Shown: positions 8,217-17,954 of the stretch, one piece after another
Numbering within the stretch: position 1 is the first letter of the stretch
Layout: each line of letters begins with the position of its first letter
Source of the DNA: an uncultured bacterium
Lineage (GTDB): Bacteria; Bacillota; Clostridia; Lachnospirales; Lachnospiraceae
Direction of reading: 5' to 3'
DNA: 64,000 nt
NCBI GenBank assembly: GCA_947088515.1
Contig: CAMUHA010000001.1
Location: forward strand, 2,300 to 66,299
Notes under the pieces: model-generated
What the model was told of the DNA's origin: nothing
Databases searched by the model: none
What the model saw: only the letters and a program-made list of their open reading frames with translations
Translations under genes and position numbers: made by a program

Positions 8217-9380
8217 TTATTTTTGACGAGAGCTGCGGCTGACAGCAAGAAGCTTCTGGCGCATCTCCTCTTCAATTCTTCCAAGCTCCTGTTCAGCGTT
8301 TCTCCTTTTGGCGCGTCCGTCCTCCTGGATTTTCATTACTTCATCCAGTGTGCTGATAAGCGTCTTGTTTGTGGCAGTAAGGGTTTCAATATCCACAATG
8401 CCCCGTTCGCTTTCTCTGGCAGTTTCAATGGTTGCCATTTTCAGGGTTTCCGCATTCTTTTTAAGCAGGGCATTGGTCATATCCGTTACTTCCCGTTGTG
8501 CTCTGGCAGCCTCGCTGGAATGATTCAACCCAATAGCAATTACCATCTGGCTTTTCCATAAAGGAATTGTGTTGACCAGTGTGGATTGTATTTTTTCTGA
8601 CATGGCAGTGTCGTTGCTTTGGATTAGACGGATTTGAGGAGCCATCTGCATGGAGATGGTTCTTGTCAGTTCCAGGTCATAAATTTTTTTCTCAAAACGT
8701 TCACACATGGAAGCATAGTCGTTGGCGGCCTGTGTGTCTTCCGGCAGCCCGCTTTGTTCCGCCTTTTTCAAAAGAGCGGGAAGCTCTGCGGTTCGGGCCT
8801 GCTCCAGCTTTTGTTTACCTGCAAGGATATACATGGATAATTCTTTAAAGTAATTCAGGTTTAGGTCATACATCTTATCCAGCATGGCGGCATCTTTCAG
8901 CAAAGTCACCTGGTGGTTTTCCATTACCTTGCAGATTTTGTTAATATTGGTTTCCGCTTTGTCATATTTTAATTTTAAATTCTCCAGTTTGTTACTGCTT
9001 TTTTTGAAAAAGCCAAGAAATCCTTTTTCTTCTTCTTCCGCTTCAAAATCCTTTAATTCAGATACTACATCCGCAAGCATCTGACCGATTTCACCCATGT
9101 CCTTGGTGCGTACATTGTTTAAAGCGCCTTCGGAAAAGTCCGCAATTTTTTTCTGGCTGCCTGCCCCATACTGCATTACCATCTGGGTATTGGTAATATC
9201 AATCTGGGCGGCAAAGGCATCCACCATTTTCTGTTCTTCCGGCGTTAAGACCACTTCCGGTATTTTCGGTTCCTCTTCCTGAACGGCGGGAACGCTGTCC
9301 GGCTCACTTACTGACTGGGAAAAAGGGTCAAGGGTTAAAGAAGGGGCTTCTTTCAACATTTCATCCAAATTACTGCTCAT
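8217..9380 (-). CDS. Toxic anion (tellurite) resistance protein, TelA/YaaN family
   Basis: Helical protein with QYGAGSQKKIADFS, QMAPQIRLIQ, NTIPLWKSQM and ERGIVDIETL motifs; downstream of an XpaC-like gene. Confidence 0.9.
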   Translation of the reverse strand: MSSNLDEMLKEAPSLTLDPFSQSVSEPDSVPAVQEEEPKIPEVVLTPEEQKMVDAFAAQIDITNTQMVMQYGAGSQKKIADFSEGALNNVRTKDMGEIGQMLADVVSELKDFEAEEEEKGFLGFFKKSSNKLENLKLKYDKAETNINKICKVMENHQVTLLKDAAMLDKMYDLNLNYFKELSMYILAGKQKLEQARTAELPALLKKAEQSGLPEDTQAANDYASMCERFEKKIYDLELTRTISMQMAPQIRLIQSNDTAMSEKIQSTLVNTIPLWKSQMVIAIGLNHSSEAARAQREVTDMTNALLKKNAETLKMATIETARESERGIVDIETLTATNKTLISTLDEVMKIQEDGRAKRRNAEQELGRIEEEMRQKLLAVSRSSRQK

Positions 9381-9383
9381 ATT

Positions 9384-9588
9384 ATCCTCCTATTTAAAGT
9401 TCCGCAGCCGCCCATCCAAGTACCAATACCGTCAGACCAATTCCTGTCTGATACCAGCCAGTAATTGTTCAGGGCGTCTGCTGATTTTAAGGTTCCGCAG
9501 CCGCTCATCCAGGGGCAGAATCCGGCAGAGAAAATTCTGTCTGTAGACAGCCAGTATTTTCTCTGGGTGCCTGTCCAGGCGTCTGCTG
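9384..9588 (-). repeat. Two tandem copies of a structured intergenic repeat (family 1)
   Basis: Units 9588-9484 and 9483-9384 both start CAGCAGACGCC and end GCGGCTGCGGAAC-(C/T)TTAAA; internal ctggctg-N4-cagacag hairpin. Confidence 0.85.
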
Positions 9589-9626
9589 GCTTTATTTTCT
9601 TTGTAGAATTATATCTTGATAATTTT

Positions 9627-11027
9627 CTATGAAAATTTCATATCATTTGTAAGTCCTTCGCGGGCAAGCATGGTTTTCAGGACTTGGGCGTCTGTGGTGG
9701 CATCAAACACAGCATCCTGAAACAGATTGTTCAAAAGTTCTGTAAACGCCTGATTGATGGTATCCAGCGTATTTTCGATTTCTGCTTTGGCAGCGATGAT
9801 ATCTTCGCCAGGGGTGCTTACCTTGTCAAATTCTTCATAAGCTTCCACCAGCTTTAAAGTGGTGGGCAGGTAATAATCCATTAGCTTGTGCATACGGTGC
9901 ATTTGCTCAGGGTGTTCCCGGACACTGTCAAAAATATCCTTTAAAAGACCTTCCAGGCGGGAAAGCTTGGCAGATATAATTTCTCCGGGAATACGTTCAT
10001 TCAAAGCATTCAGCTTGCCGATACATCCCATACCCTCCGCTATCATGGCATTTAATTCCGATTCCTGCTCCCTGGATATTTCCGGTGGGGAATTGTCTTC
10101 TTTTGCAGGGGCGGGATTTTCCTGTATGGGAGCCTGTTTTTCTGCAAGCGCCATCCGTCTTTGGTTTTCCTCTGTTTCCAGGTATTGTCTGTAAACGGCA
10201 TCGTTTAACATAAGGCATGTCTTTTTTTCATCCAGATGTCCTTCAGGGAACATGCCAAGATGCAGCATTTTCTGAAGGTCTTTGATAACATACCGGACCT
10301 TCCGCCCGGTGCCTTTTGCCAGCTTTTCAATGTTGCCATACATTTTCCGGTCACATAGCTGCAGGTACCGCTCTGCACGTTTCAGACGGCCTCTTTGCAT
10401 GACTCCAAACTGAATCATGCCAAAAAAAACAAGCAGAAAAACAAAATTGACAATCCATCCTGCCGCATGAGTGGCTGCGCCGGCAAACATAAGCATCAGG
10501 CGGACAAAGGCTACAAGTCCGGTGATGCCAAGTCCGATTCCGCCAAAGACCTGATACAAAACATTGGATACATTACCAACTTTTTTAAATTTTACAGGTG
10601 GAAGTTTTGCCTTTTGTACAGGAGGGGCTTTTCTGTGGCGTACTATTTCCTGGGGATTGGTATGCGGGCTCTCTCCCTGCCGGGGCTGGGCCTGCCATCG
10701 GTGCATATGTCTTTGCCAGTTTTGTTCCTGATGCCGCAGCTTTTCCTTTGCTCTCTCCTGGGCTTTCTGCCAGGGAGGGATGTCTTTGGCTTTTTCGGAA
10801 TAATCCCCCTCGGTACATCCTGCCGTCTGGCCGGGCGGGGGATTGGTTTCTGTATTTTCACCAAATGAGATATGTTTTTCAACTTCCTTTCCCACTTCAT
10901 TTAATGTATTTGTTACTGTCTGGGAAACCAGAGAGTTTAAATTGCTGAAATTCCCGCTTTTAAGGGCTTCCGACAATGCTTCCTTGATTTGCTCCCCAGC
11001 GCTGTTCCAACTCTGATTGTCGCTCAT
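9627..11027 (-). CDS. 5-bromo-4-chloroindolyl phosphate hydrolysis (XpaC-like) membrane protein
   Basis: Two TM segments; C-terminal MDYYLPTTLKLVEAY...TLDTINQAF..LLNNLF...D..VLKTML domain; paired with telA as in xpaC-yaaN operons. Confidence 0.8.
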   Translation of the reverse strand: MSDNQSWNSAGEQIKEALSEALKSGNFSNLNSLVSQTVTNTLNEVGKEVEKHISFGENTETNPPPGQTAGCTEGDYSEKAKDIPPWQKAQERAKEKLRHQEQNWQRHMHRWQAQPRQGESPHTNPQEIVRHRKAPPVQKAKLPPVKFKKVGNVSNVLYQVFGGIGLGITGLVAFVRLMLMFAGAATHAAGWIVNFVFLLVFFGMIQFGVMQRGRLKRAERYLQLCDRKMYGNIEKLAKGTGRKVRYVIKDLQKMLHLGMFPEGHLDEKKTCLMLNDAVYRQYLETEENQRRMALAEKQAPIQENPAPAKEDNSPPEISREQESELNAMIAEGMGCIGKLNALNERIPGEIISAKLSRLEGLLKDIFDSVREHPEQMHRMHKLMDYYLPTTLKLVEAYEEFDKVSTPGEDIIAAKAEIENTLDTINQAFTELLNNLFQDAVFDATTDAQVLKTMLAREGLTNDMKFS

Positions 11028-11147
11028 AATGTAAAACCTCTTGCTATCCTTCGCATATAAATTTTCTCATAGACCTATTATCACACATTAGACACTGCAC
11101 CGCAATAAATTTCTTATGATTAATAAAATAAGATATGGGCATAAATC

Positions 11148-11176
11148 TTGTGGATTTTAGTTATGTGTAGTATAAT
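11148..11176 (+). promoter_or_regulatory. Putative sigmaA promoter for glgP
   Basis: TTGTGG-17 bp-TATAAT. Confidence 0.45.
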
Positions 11177-11224
11177 AAACCGGAAAATGCTTATACAGGC
11201 AGATGAATTGGAGGAAAAGAAGAG

Positions 11225-13738
11225 ATGATAGCCAAAAAAGCGACAATGCCAGTATCACCGACTTTTGATAAGGACTTGTTTAAAAGAAGTGTGCTTTACA
11301 ATGTGAAAACCCTTTATAGAAAGACCCTGGAGGAAGCCAGTCAGCAGCAGATTTTTCAGGCGGTTGCCTATGCAATCAAAGATGCAGTGGTTGACAATTG
11401 GTTAACTTCCCAGAAAGAGTATGACAAACAGGACCCCAAAATGGTGTACTATCTGTCTATGGAATTTCTTATGGGACGTGCCCTTGGTAACAATATTATC
11501 AATCTGCAGGCGTATCAGCCTGTAAAGGAAGCAATGGAAGAGCTTGGGCTTGACTTGAATGTGGTTGAAGACCAGGAGCCGGATGCGGCCCTTGGTAACG
11601 GCGGTCTTGGAAGACTGGCAGCCTGCTTTTTGGATTCTCTTGCAACTTTAGGGTATCCGGCATATGGCTGTGGCATCAGATACCGTTATGGTATGTTCAA
11701 ACAGCAGATTAGAGACGGCTATCAGGTGGAGGCGCCTGATAACTGGCTGGTGGATGGGAATCCCTTTGAACTGCGCAGGCCCGAATATGCCAAAGAGATT
11801 AAGTTCGGCGGCTATGTAAGTGTACGTATTGACGAAAATGGAAGAAGCAATTTTACCCAGGAAGGCTATCAGAGCGTAAGGGCGATTCCTTATGACCTTC
11901 CCATCGTGGGCTATGGCAATGGTATTGTAAATACCCTCCGTATCTGGGATGCAGAGGCGGTAGAGTGTTTTAAACTGGATTCCTTTGATAAGGGCGATTA
12001 CCACAAGGCAGTTGAACAGGAAAATCTGGCAAGAAATATTGTGGAAGTTCTCTATCCCAATGACAATCACTATGCAGGAAAAGAGCTTCGATTAAAACAG
12101 CAGTATTTCTTTATTTCCGCTTCTGTCCAGGAGGCAGTAGCCAAATACATGAGAAATCATGATGACATTAAGAAGTTTTATGAAAAAGTAACATTCCAGC
12201 TAAATGATACTCATCCTACTGTGGCAATTGCGGAACTGATGAGAATTTTGATGGACGAACATTACCTTACATGGGATGAGGCGTGGCAGGTTACTTCCAA
12301 AACCTGTGCGTATACCAATCATACGATTATGGCGGAAGCGTTGGAAAAATGGCCAATTGAGTTATTCTCAAGGCTTCTTCCCAGAATTTACCAGATTATA
12401 GAGGAAATCAACCGCAGATTTATTCTTAAAATACAGGAAATGTATCCTGGCAATCAGGAGAAAATCCGCAAGATGGCAATCATCTATGATGGTCAGGTAA
12501 AGATGGCCCATCTTGCAATTGCAACCGGCTATTCGGTAAACGGTGTTGCAAGGCTCCATACAGAAATTTTGAAGAAACAGGAGCTTAAGGATTTCTATGA
12601 AATGATGCCGGAGAAGTTTAACAACAAAACAAACGGCATTACCCAGAGGCGCTTTTTACTGCATGGCAATCCGCTTCTTGCAGACTGGGTGACAGACCAT
12701 ATTGGAAGTGAATGGATTACGGACCTTCCCCAGATTAACAAGATAAAAATATATGCAGATGATGCAAAGGCACAGCAGGAGTTTATGAACATTAAGTACC
12801 AGAATAAAGTTCGTCTGGCTGATTACATTATGAAGCATAACGGAATTGAAGTGGATCCCCGCTCCATTTTTGACGTACAGGTTAAGAGGCTCCATGAGTA
12901 TAAACGCCAGCTGCTTAATATCCTTCATGTAATGTACCTTTACAATCAGCTGAAGGATAACCCGGATTTGGATTTCTATCCAAGAACTTTTATCTTTGGA
13001 GCGAAGGCGGCAGCAGGATATTATAATGCCAAGATGACCATTAAGCTGATTAATGCGGTGGCAAAGGTTGTAAACAATGACCCTGCGATTAAGGGAAAAA
13101 TTAAGGTAGTGTTTATTGAAGATTACAGAGTATCCAATGCAGAGCTTATTTTTGCAGCAGCAGATGTGTCCGAACAAATTTCCACTGCAAGTAAGGAGGC
13201 ATCTGGCACTGGTAATATGAAATTTATGCTAAATGGCGCTCTTACCATTGGAACCATGGATGGCGCTAATGTGGAAATTGTTGAAGAAGTGGGAGAGGAA
13301 AATGCGTTTATCTTTGGACTTTCCTCTGATGAAGTTATCAAATATGAAAACTTTGGCGGCTATGACCCTACAGAAATTTTCAATAATGACCCGGATGTGA
13401 GAAGAGTTCTGATGCAGCTGATTAACGGAACCTATGCACCCAATGACCCGGACAGATTCAGAACCCTTTACAACTCACTGCTTAATACGATAAGCACATC
13501 TAAGGCTGATACTTACTTTATATTAAAAGATTTTAAAGCATACGCAGAGGCGCATAAGAAGGTGGAAGCAGCTTACCGTGATGAAAAGGGATGGGCAAGA
13601 AGCGCTATTTTGAATGTAGCGTGCAGCGGCAAGTTTACTTCAGACAGAACCATTCAGGAATATGTGGATGAAATCTGGCATTTGGATAAAGTTGTACTGC
13701 CGAAGAGAAAAGAGAAAGAAAAAGAAGAAGAAAAATAA
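11225..13738 (+). CDS. glgP: Glycogen/alpha-glucan phosphorylase
   Basis: YLSMEFLMGR, ALGNGGLGRLAAC, QLNDTHP, KRLHEYKRQ, and PLP-lysine motif EASGTGNMKF. Confidence 0.97.
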   Translation: MIAKKATMPVSPTFDKDLFKRSVLYNVKTLYRKTLEEASQQQIFQAVAYAIKDAVVDNWLTSQKEYDKQDPKMVYYLSMEFLMGRALGNNIINLQAYQPVKEAMEELGLDLNVVEDQEPDAALGNGGLGRLAACFLDSLATLGYPAYGCGIRYRYGMFKQQIRDGYQVEAPDNWLVDGNPFELRRPEYAKEIKFGGYVSVRIDENGRSNFTQEGYQSVRAIPYDLPIVGYGNGIVNTLRIWDAEAVECFKLDSFDKGDYHKAVEQENLARNIVEVLYPNDNHYAGKELRLKQQYFFISASVQEAVAKYMRNHDDIKKFYEKVTFQLNDTHPTVAIAELMRILMDEHYLTWDEAWQVTSKTCAYTNHTIMAEALEKWPIELFSRLLPRIYQIIEEINRRFILKIQEMYPGNQEKIRKMAIIYDGQVKMAHLAIATGYSVNGVARLHTEILKKQELKDFYEMMPEKFNNKTNGITQRRFLLHGNPLLADWVTDHIGSEWITDLPQINKIKIYADDAKAQQEFMNIKYQNKVRLADYIMKHNGIEVDPRSIFDVQVKRLHEYKRQLLNILHVMYLYNQLKDNPDLDFYPRTFIFGAKAAAGYYNAKMTIKLINAVAKVVNNDPAIKGKIKVVFIEDYRVSNAELIFAAADVSEQISTASKEASGTGNMKFMLNGALTIGTMDGANVEIVEEVGEENAFIFGLSSDEVIKYENFGGYDPTEIFNNDPDVRRVLMQLINGTYAPNDPDRFRTLYNSLLNTISTSKADTYFILKDFKAYAEAHKKVEAAYRDEKGWARSAILNVACSGKFTSDRTIQEYVDEIWHLDKVVLPKRKEKEKEEEK

Positions 13739-13746
13739 AGTTTTTG

Positions 13747-13784
13747 AGGAAGAAACAGGCTTGCCTGTTTCTTCCTATTTTTTT
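13747..13784 (+). terminator. Rho-independent terminator of glgP
   Basis: aggaagaaacagg/cctgtttcttcct perfect stem followed by a T tract. Confidence 0.9.
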
Positions 13785-13844
13785 GGCTTTGAGAATAGTA
13801 TAGATGGATTGGAGTTACAATCCAAATAATATCTTTTGTGTAAT

Positions 13845-13873
13845 TTTACAAACCAGTAAAATTGAGGTATACT
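13845..13873 (+). promoter_or_regulatory. Putative sigmaA promoter
   Basis: TTTACA-17 bp-TATACT upstream of the GGAGG RBS of the 13912 gene. Confidence 0.55.
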
Positions 13874-13911
13874 TTTAGTAGTAATAAATTGGCAAAAATC
13901 AGGAGGAAAAT

Positions 13912-14673
13912 ATGCCGGAACAGTTTTCAAGGACGGAATTGTTATTTGGTAAGGAGGCAATAAGAAAGGTAGAGCGTGCAAGAGTGGCGGTATTTGGCAT
14001 TGGCGGAGTGGGAAGCTATACGCTGGAAGCACTGGTAAGGAGCGGTGTTGGAACCATAGACATTATTGATAATGATAAGGTCTGTCTGTCCAACTTAAAC
14101 AGGCAGCTGATTGCCACTCATAAGACATTAGGACAGTATAAAGTAGATGCGGCCGAACAGAGAATGAAGGAAATCAATCCTGATGTGGTGGTCTATAAAT
14201 ATTACACTTTTTATTTGCCGGAGTCGTCCGGACAGTTTGATTTTACGAAGTATGATTATGTGGTGGATGCTATTGATACCATTTCAGGGAAAATTTCGCT
14301 TGTGATGCAGGCAAAGGAGGCGGACATTCCCATTATCAGTTCTATGGGAGCGGGCAATAAGGCAGACCCCACGGCTTTTCAGGTGGCGGATATTTACCAG
14401 ACCTCTGTGTGTCCCCTTGCAAAAGTTATGCGCAGGGAACTAAAAAAACGTGGTGTGGAAAAATTAAAGGTGGTGTATTCAAAAGAACCAGCGCTTACAT
14501 CAGCAGAAGATGGGATAGTTGATTTGGTAAATGGTGCGGATTCAAACCAAGATAAAGAGGAAAAACAGGTCCGGCGGCGTCTGGCGCCAGGAAGCAATGC
14601 CTTTGTCCCATCGGTTGTGGGACTGATTATGGCTGGAGAAGTGATAAAGGACCTGGCAGGGATTGGGAAGTGA
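13912..14673 (+). CDS. ThiF-family tRNA threonylcarbamoyladenosine dehydratase (TcdA/YrvM-like)
   Basis: GIGGVGS, SNLNRQ, VVDAIDT, SSMGAGNK and CPLAKVMRRELK motifs. Confidence 0.88.
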   Translation: MPEQFSRTELLFGKEAIRKVERARVAVFGIGGVGSYTLEALVRSGVGTIDIIDNDKVCLSNLNRQLIATHKTLGQYKVDAAEQRMKEINPDVVVYKYYTFYLPESSGQFDFTKYDYVVDAIDTISGKISLVMQAKEADIPIISSMGAGNKADPTAFQVADIYQTSVCPLAKVMRRELKKRGVEKLKVVYSKEPALTSAEDGIVDLVNGADSNQDKEEKQVRRRLAPGSNAFVPSVVGLIMAGEVIKDLAGIGK

Positions 14674-14750
14674 TACTGTGATTTAATTTTCACAGGCAAA
14701 TTTGCGTTTGTGTCTTAATCTTTGGGCAAAGCAGAAATGGAGGGAAATCT

Positions 14751-16226
14751 ATGCTGAAAAATTTTATTTTCACAAACAAGCCGGAAGAGGACGAGCTAAA
14801 AGAAAGATTAAAAGCTGCAAGGGAAAAGCTGTTTAAGCAGCAGACCCAGCTAAAAGAGCATAAGGTACCGGTACTTGTGTTAATGGAAGGCTGGGGGACA
14901 GCGGGAAAGGGAAGTGTCATTGGTCATATTATCCAGAACATTGACCCAAGATTTTTTAAAGTTGCAACTACAGACCAGCCTACAGAAGAAGAAAGCAGGA
15001 AACCGTTTCTTTACCGGTATTTTGCAAGGCTGCCGGAGGCAGGAAAATTTATGATTCTGGATTCGGGCTGGATGGAGGAAGTGACCAGAAAGCGCCTGCA
15101 TGGAGAAATGGACAGGAAGGTTTATGAAAAACGGATAAGCAGCATTAAAAGATTTGAAAGGCAGCTGACAGACAATGGATATCTGGTAATGAAGTTTTTC
15201 TGTCATATCAGTGAAAAGGAGCAGAAAAAGCGGATAGAAGGGCTGCTTATGGATATTGACACCAGATGGCGTGTGGATGAGCATGACAAGTGGCAGAACC
15301 GACATTATAAAAAATGTATGGATGTGTTTGACCGGTATATGGAAGATACCAATACACCTTCCGCCCCCTGGTATATCGTTAATTCCAAGACCAGAAAATG
15401 GGCGGAGCTGCAGATTTTGGAAACGCTTACTCAGGGAATAGAGATAGCCCTGCAAAATAAGAGTCTGGCGGTGCCGCTTCTGCAAAATGTATTTCCTCTA
15501 AAGAAGATGCCAAAGCTAGCGGAAATACCATTGGATGATTTCCTGGAGGAGGGAGAATATAAAGAAGAGCTTGACAGGCTGCAAAAGCATCTGGGAGAAC
15601 TTCACAACCGCCTTTACCGGAAAAAAATTCCTGTTGTAATTGCCTATGAAGGCTGGGATGCAGCAGGAAAGGGCGGTAATATCAAGCGGATTACCGGGGC
15701 CCTTGACCCCAGGGGGTATGAAGTGCATCCAATTGCAAGCCCGGAACCTCATGAAAAAGCAAGACATTATCTGTGGCGTTTCTGGACAAGGCTGCCCAAA
15801 ACCGGACACATTGCAATCTTTGACAGAAGCTGGTATGGGCGTGTGATGGTGGAACGTCTTGAGGGATTTTGCAGCGAAAATGACTGGAAAAGGGCCTATA
15901 ATGAAATCAATGAATTTGAGAAGGAGCTTCATGACTGGGGGGCGGTAATTATTAAGTTCTGGGTACAGATAGATAAGGATACCCAGCTTGCCCGATTTAC
16001 GGACAGGCAGAATACGCCGGAAAAGCAATGGAAAATTACGCAAGAGGACTGGCGAAACCGTGAGAAATGGGATGATTATGAGATTGCTGTTAATGAAATG
16101 ATTCAAAAGACCAGCACCACATATGCTCCATGGCATATTCTGGAGTCTGTGGATAAAAAATATGCCAGAATTAAGGCACTCCGGATTGTGACAGAAGAAC
16201 TAGAAAAGGCGCTTGGATGTGATTAG
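14751..16226 (+). CDS. pap: Polyphosphate:AMP phosphotransferase (two-domain PPK2)
   Basis: Tandem PPK2 domains: EGWGTAGKG and EGWDAAGKGG Walker A, FDRSWYGRV. Confidence 0.9.
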   Translation: MLKNFIFTNKPEEDELKERLKAAREKLFKQQTQLKEHKVPVLVLMEGWGTAGKGSVIGHIIQNIDPRFFKVATTDQPTEEESRKPFLYRYFARLPEAGKFMILDSGWMEEVTRKRLHGEMDRKVYEKRISSIKRFERQLTDNGYLVMKFFCHISEKEQKKRIEGLLMDIDTRWRVDEHDKWQNRHYKKCMDVFDRYMEDTNTPSAPWYIVNSKTRKWAELQILETLTQGIEIALQNKSLAVPLLQNVFPLKKMPKLAEIPLDDFLEEGEYKEELDRLQKHLGELHNRLYRKKIPVVIAYEGWDAAGKGGNIKRITGALDPRGYEVHPIASPEPHEKARHYLWRFWTRLPKTGHIAIFDRSWYGRVMVERLEGFCSENDWKRAYNEINEFEKELHDWGAVIIKFWVQIDKDTQLARFTDRQNTPEKQWKITQEDWRNREKWDDYEIAVNEMIQKTSTTYAPWHILESVDKKYARIKALRIVTEELEKALGCD

Positions 16227-16245
16227 TAAAAAGTTTAAACGGTGT

Positions 16246-17127
16246 ATGAAAAAGGATGTATCCGGAAAGCATAAACGGGTCTTGCGGAAACATAAGAGTA
16301 TTATGGATTGTCTGGAAGAAATGCTGGAGGATGCCATAAATGACACCTTTGAGGAAAAGGATTATGATGAAAGCAGGCTATCACGGCTTGAGGTTAAATG
16401 GAAACGTTTTTTATCCTCGTCCGTAACCTCGCGCCACAGGATTTTGGAGGATCAGCAGAGGATTAAAAGCCTGATTTCGGATATTTCCCATCAGACCAGA
16501 ACGCCTCTTTCCAATATTCTGCTTTATTCAGAGCTTTTACAGGAAAAGGAGAAGGACCCGGCGCTTTTGCCGATTGTCCAAAATATCAAAGAGCAGTCGG
16601 AAAAACTTGATTTTCTTATCCGTTCACTGATAAAGGCTTCCAGACTGGAAAGTGATGTGCTTGCGCTTTGTCCCAAAAAACAGCCGGTTGCGCCTATGGC
16701 GGAAGCAGCAATTGCATCGCTGCGGGAAGAGGCGGAGAGAAAGGGGATAAAGATTTCGGGGGATGATTTTTGGGGAACGGCCTGTTTTGACAAAAAGTGG
16801 ACCCAGGAGGCCCTTGAGAATATGATTGATAATGCGGTAAAATATAGCCCCCAGGGAAGTGAAATCAAGGTTTGGACAACGGATTATGAAATGTTTGCGG
16901 CAATTCATATTAAAGACCAGGGAAGTGGCATCCGGGAGGAAGAACAGTGCCGGATATTTGAACGTTTTTACAGAAGCATGGATGCAGCGGAGGAGAAGGG
17001 ACTGGGACTTGGGCTTTATCTGGTACGGGAGATTGCCATAAGGCAGGGAGGTTATGTCAGGGTAAAATCAAAACCAGGTATGGGAAGTACATTTTCCTTT
17101 TATATGAATAAGAATGAACGGAGATGA
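16246..17127 (+). CDS. Sensor histidine kinase (HisKA + HATPase); no TM segment and no adjacent response regulator; start uncertain
   Basis: H-box ISDISHQTRTPLS, N-box NMIDNAVKYS, G1 DQGSGI, F-box IFERFYR, G2 GLGLGL. Confidence 0.88.
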   Translation: MKKDVSGKHKRVLRKHKSIMDCLEEMLEDAINDTFEEKDYDESRLSRLEVKWKRFLSSSVTSRHRILEDQQRIKSLISDISHQTRTPLSNILLYSELLQEKEKDPALLPIVQNIKEQSEKLDFLIRSLIKASRLESDVLALCPKKQPVAPMAEAAIASLREEAERKGIKISGDDFWGTACFDKKWTQEALENMIDNAVKYSPQGSEIKVWTTDYEMFAAIHIKDQGSGIREEEQCRIFERFYRSMDAAEEKGLGLGLYLVREIAIRQGGYVRVKSKPGMGSTFSFYMNKNERR

Positions 17128-17151
17128 GCTGGCCTTGGCCGGCTCATTTTT
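17124..17151 (+). terminator. Rho-independent terminator after the kinase
   Basis: atgagctggcc/ggccggctcat stem followed by a T tract. Confidence 0.7.
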
Positions 17152-17273
17152 ATATGTGTAGGGCTGCCATATGATATTGCTTTAAATTCTTTCAAAACTG
17201 TTAGATTTATGAAAGAAGCAGGAAAGAATTATATGATATAGTCATTATATCAAAAATTTTTGGAGGTGCTTGT

Positions 17274-17954
17274 ATGGTTATCCTGGAAACAAAGGGACTG
17301 AAAAAATATTATGGTGAGGGAGAAAGCCTGGTAAAGGCATTAGACGGTGTTGACTTAAAGGTGGAACAGGGAGAATTTACAGCAATTGTTGGAACCAGCG
17401 GAAGCGGAAAGTCCACCCTTTTGCATATGCTGGGCGGCCTTGATTATCCCACAGAAGGAAAGGTTTTGGTTGATGGCAAGGATATTTCAGGGTTAAAGGA
17501 GGATGCACTGGCTATTTTCCGGAGAAGAAAAATTGGTTTTGTGTTTCAAAGCTACAATCTGGTGCCGGTCTTAAATGTATATGAAAATATTGTGTTTCCT
17601 GTGCAGCTGGATGGAAATGAAGTGGATGAAACTTATATTGATTCCATTGTAAAAACACTTGGGCTGGAAGGGAAGATAAATGCCCTGCCTTCCCAGCTCT
17701 CCGGCGGGCAGCAGCAAAGGGTGGCAATTGCAAGGGCGCTGGCGTCAAAACCTGCCATTATTTTAGCGGACGAACCTACAGGAAATCTGGATACCAGTAC
17801 CAGTCAGGATGTTCTGGGGCTTCTTAAGGTAACGGCAAGAAAGTTTGAACAGACTATTGTTATGATTACCCACAATGAAGAAATTGCCCAGATGACAGAC
17901 CGGATAATACGGATTGAGGATGGAAAGATTATATCGGGAGGAAACCAGGCATGA
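17274..17954 (+). CDS. ABC transporter ATP-binding protein (LolD/MacB type)
   Basis: [35 protein letters not shown]. Confidence 0.95.
   Translation: MVILETKGLKKYYGEGESLVKALDGVDLKVEQGEFTAIVGTSGSGKSTLLHMLGGLDYPTEGKVLVDGKDISGLKEDALAIFRRRKIGFVFQSYNLVPVLNVYENIVFPVQLDGNEVDETYIDSIVKTLGLEGKINALPSQLSGGQQQRVAIARALASKPAIILADEPTGNLDTSTSQDVLGLLKVTARKFEQTIVMITHNEEIAQMTDRIIRIEDGKIISGGNQA

Noticed and set aside
9384..9588. tRNA or known riboswitch
   Set aside because: No cloverleaf, TpsiC or CCA features, and no known aptamer consensus that I could recognise
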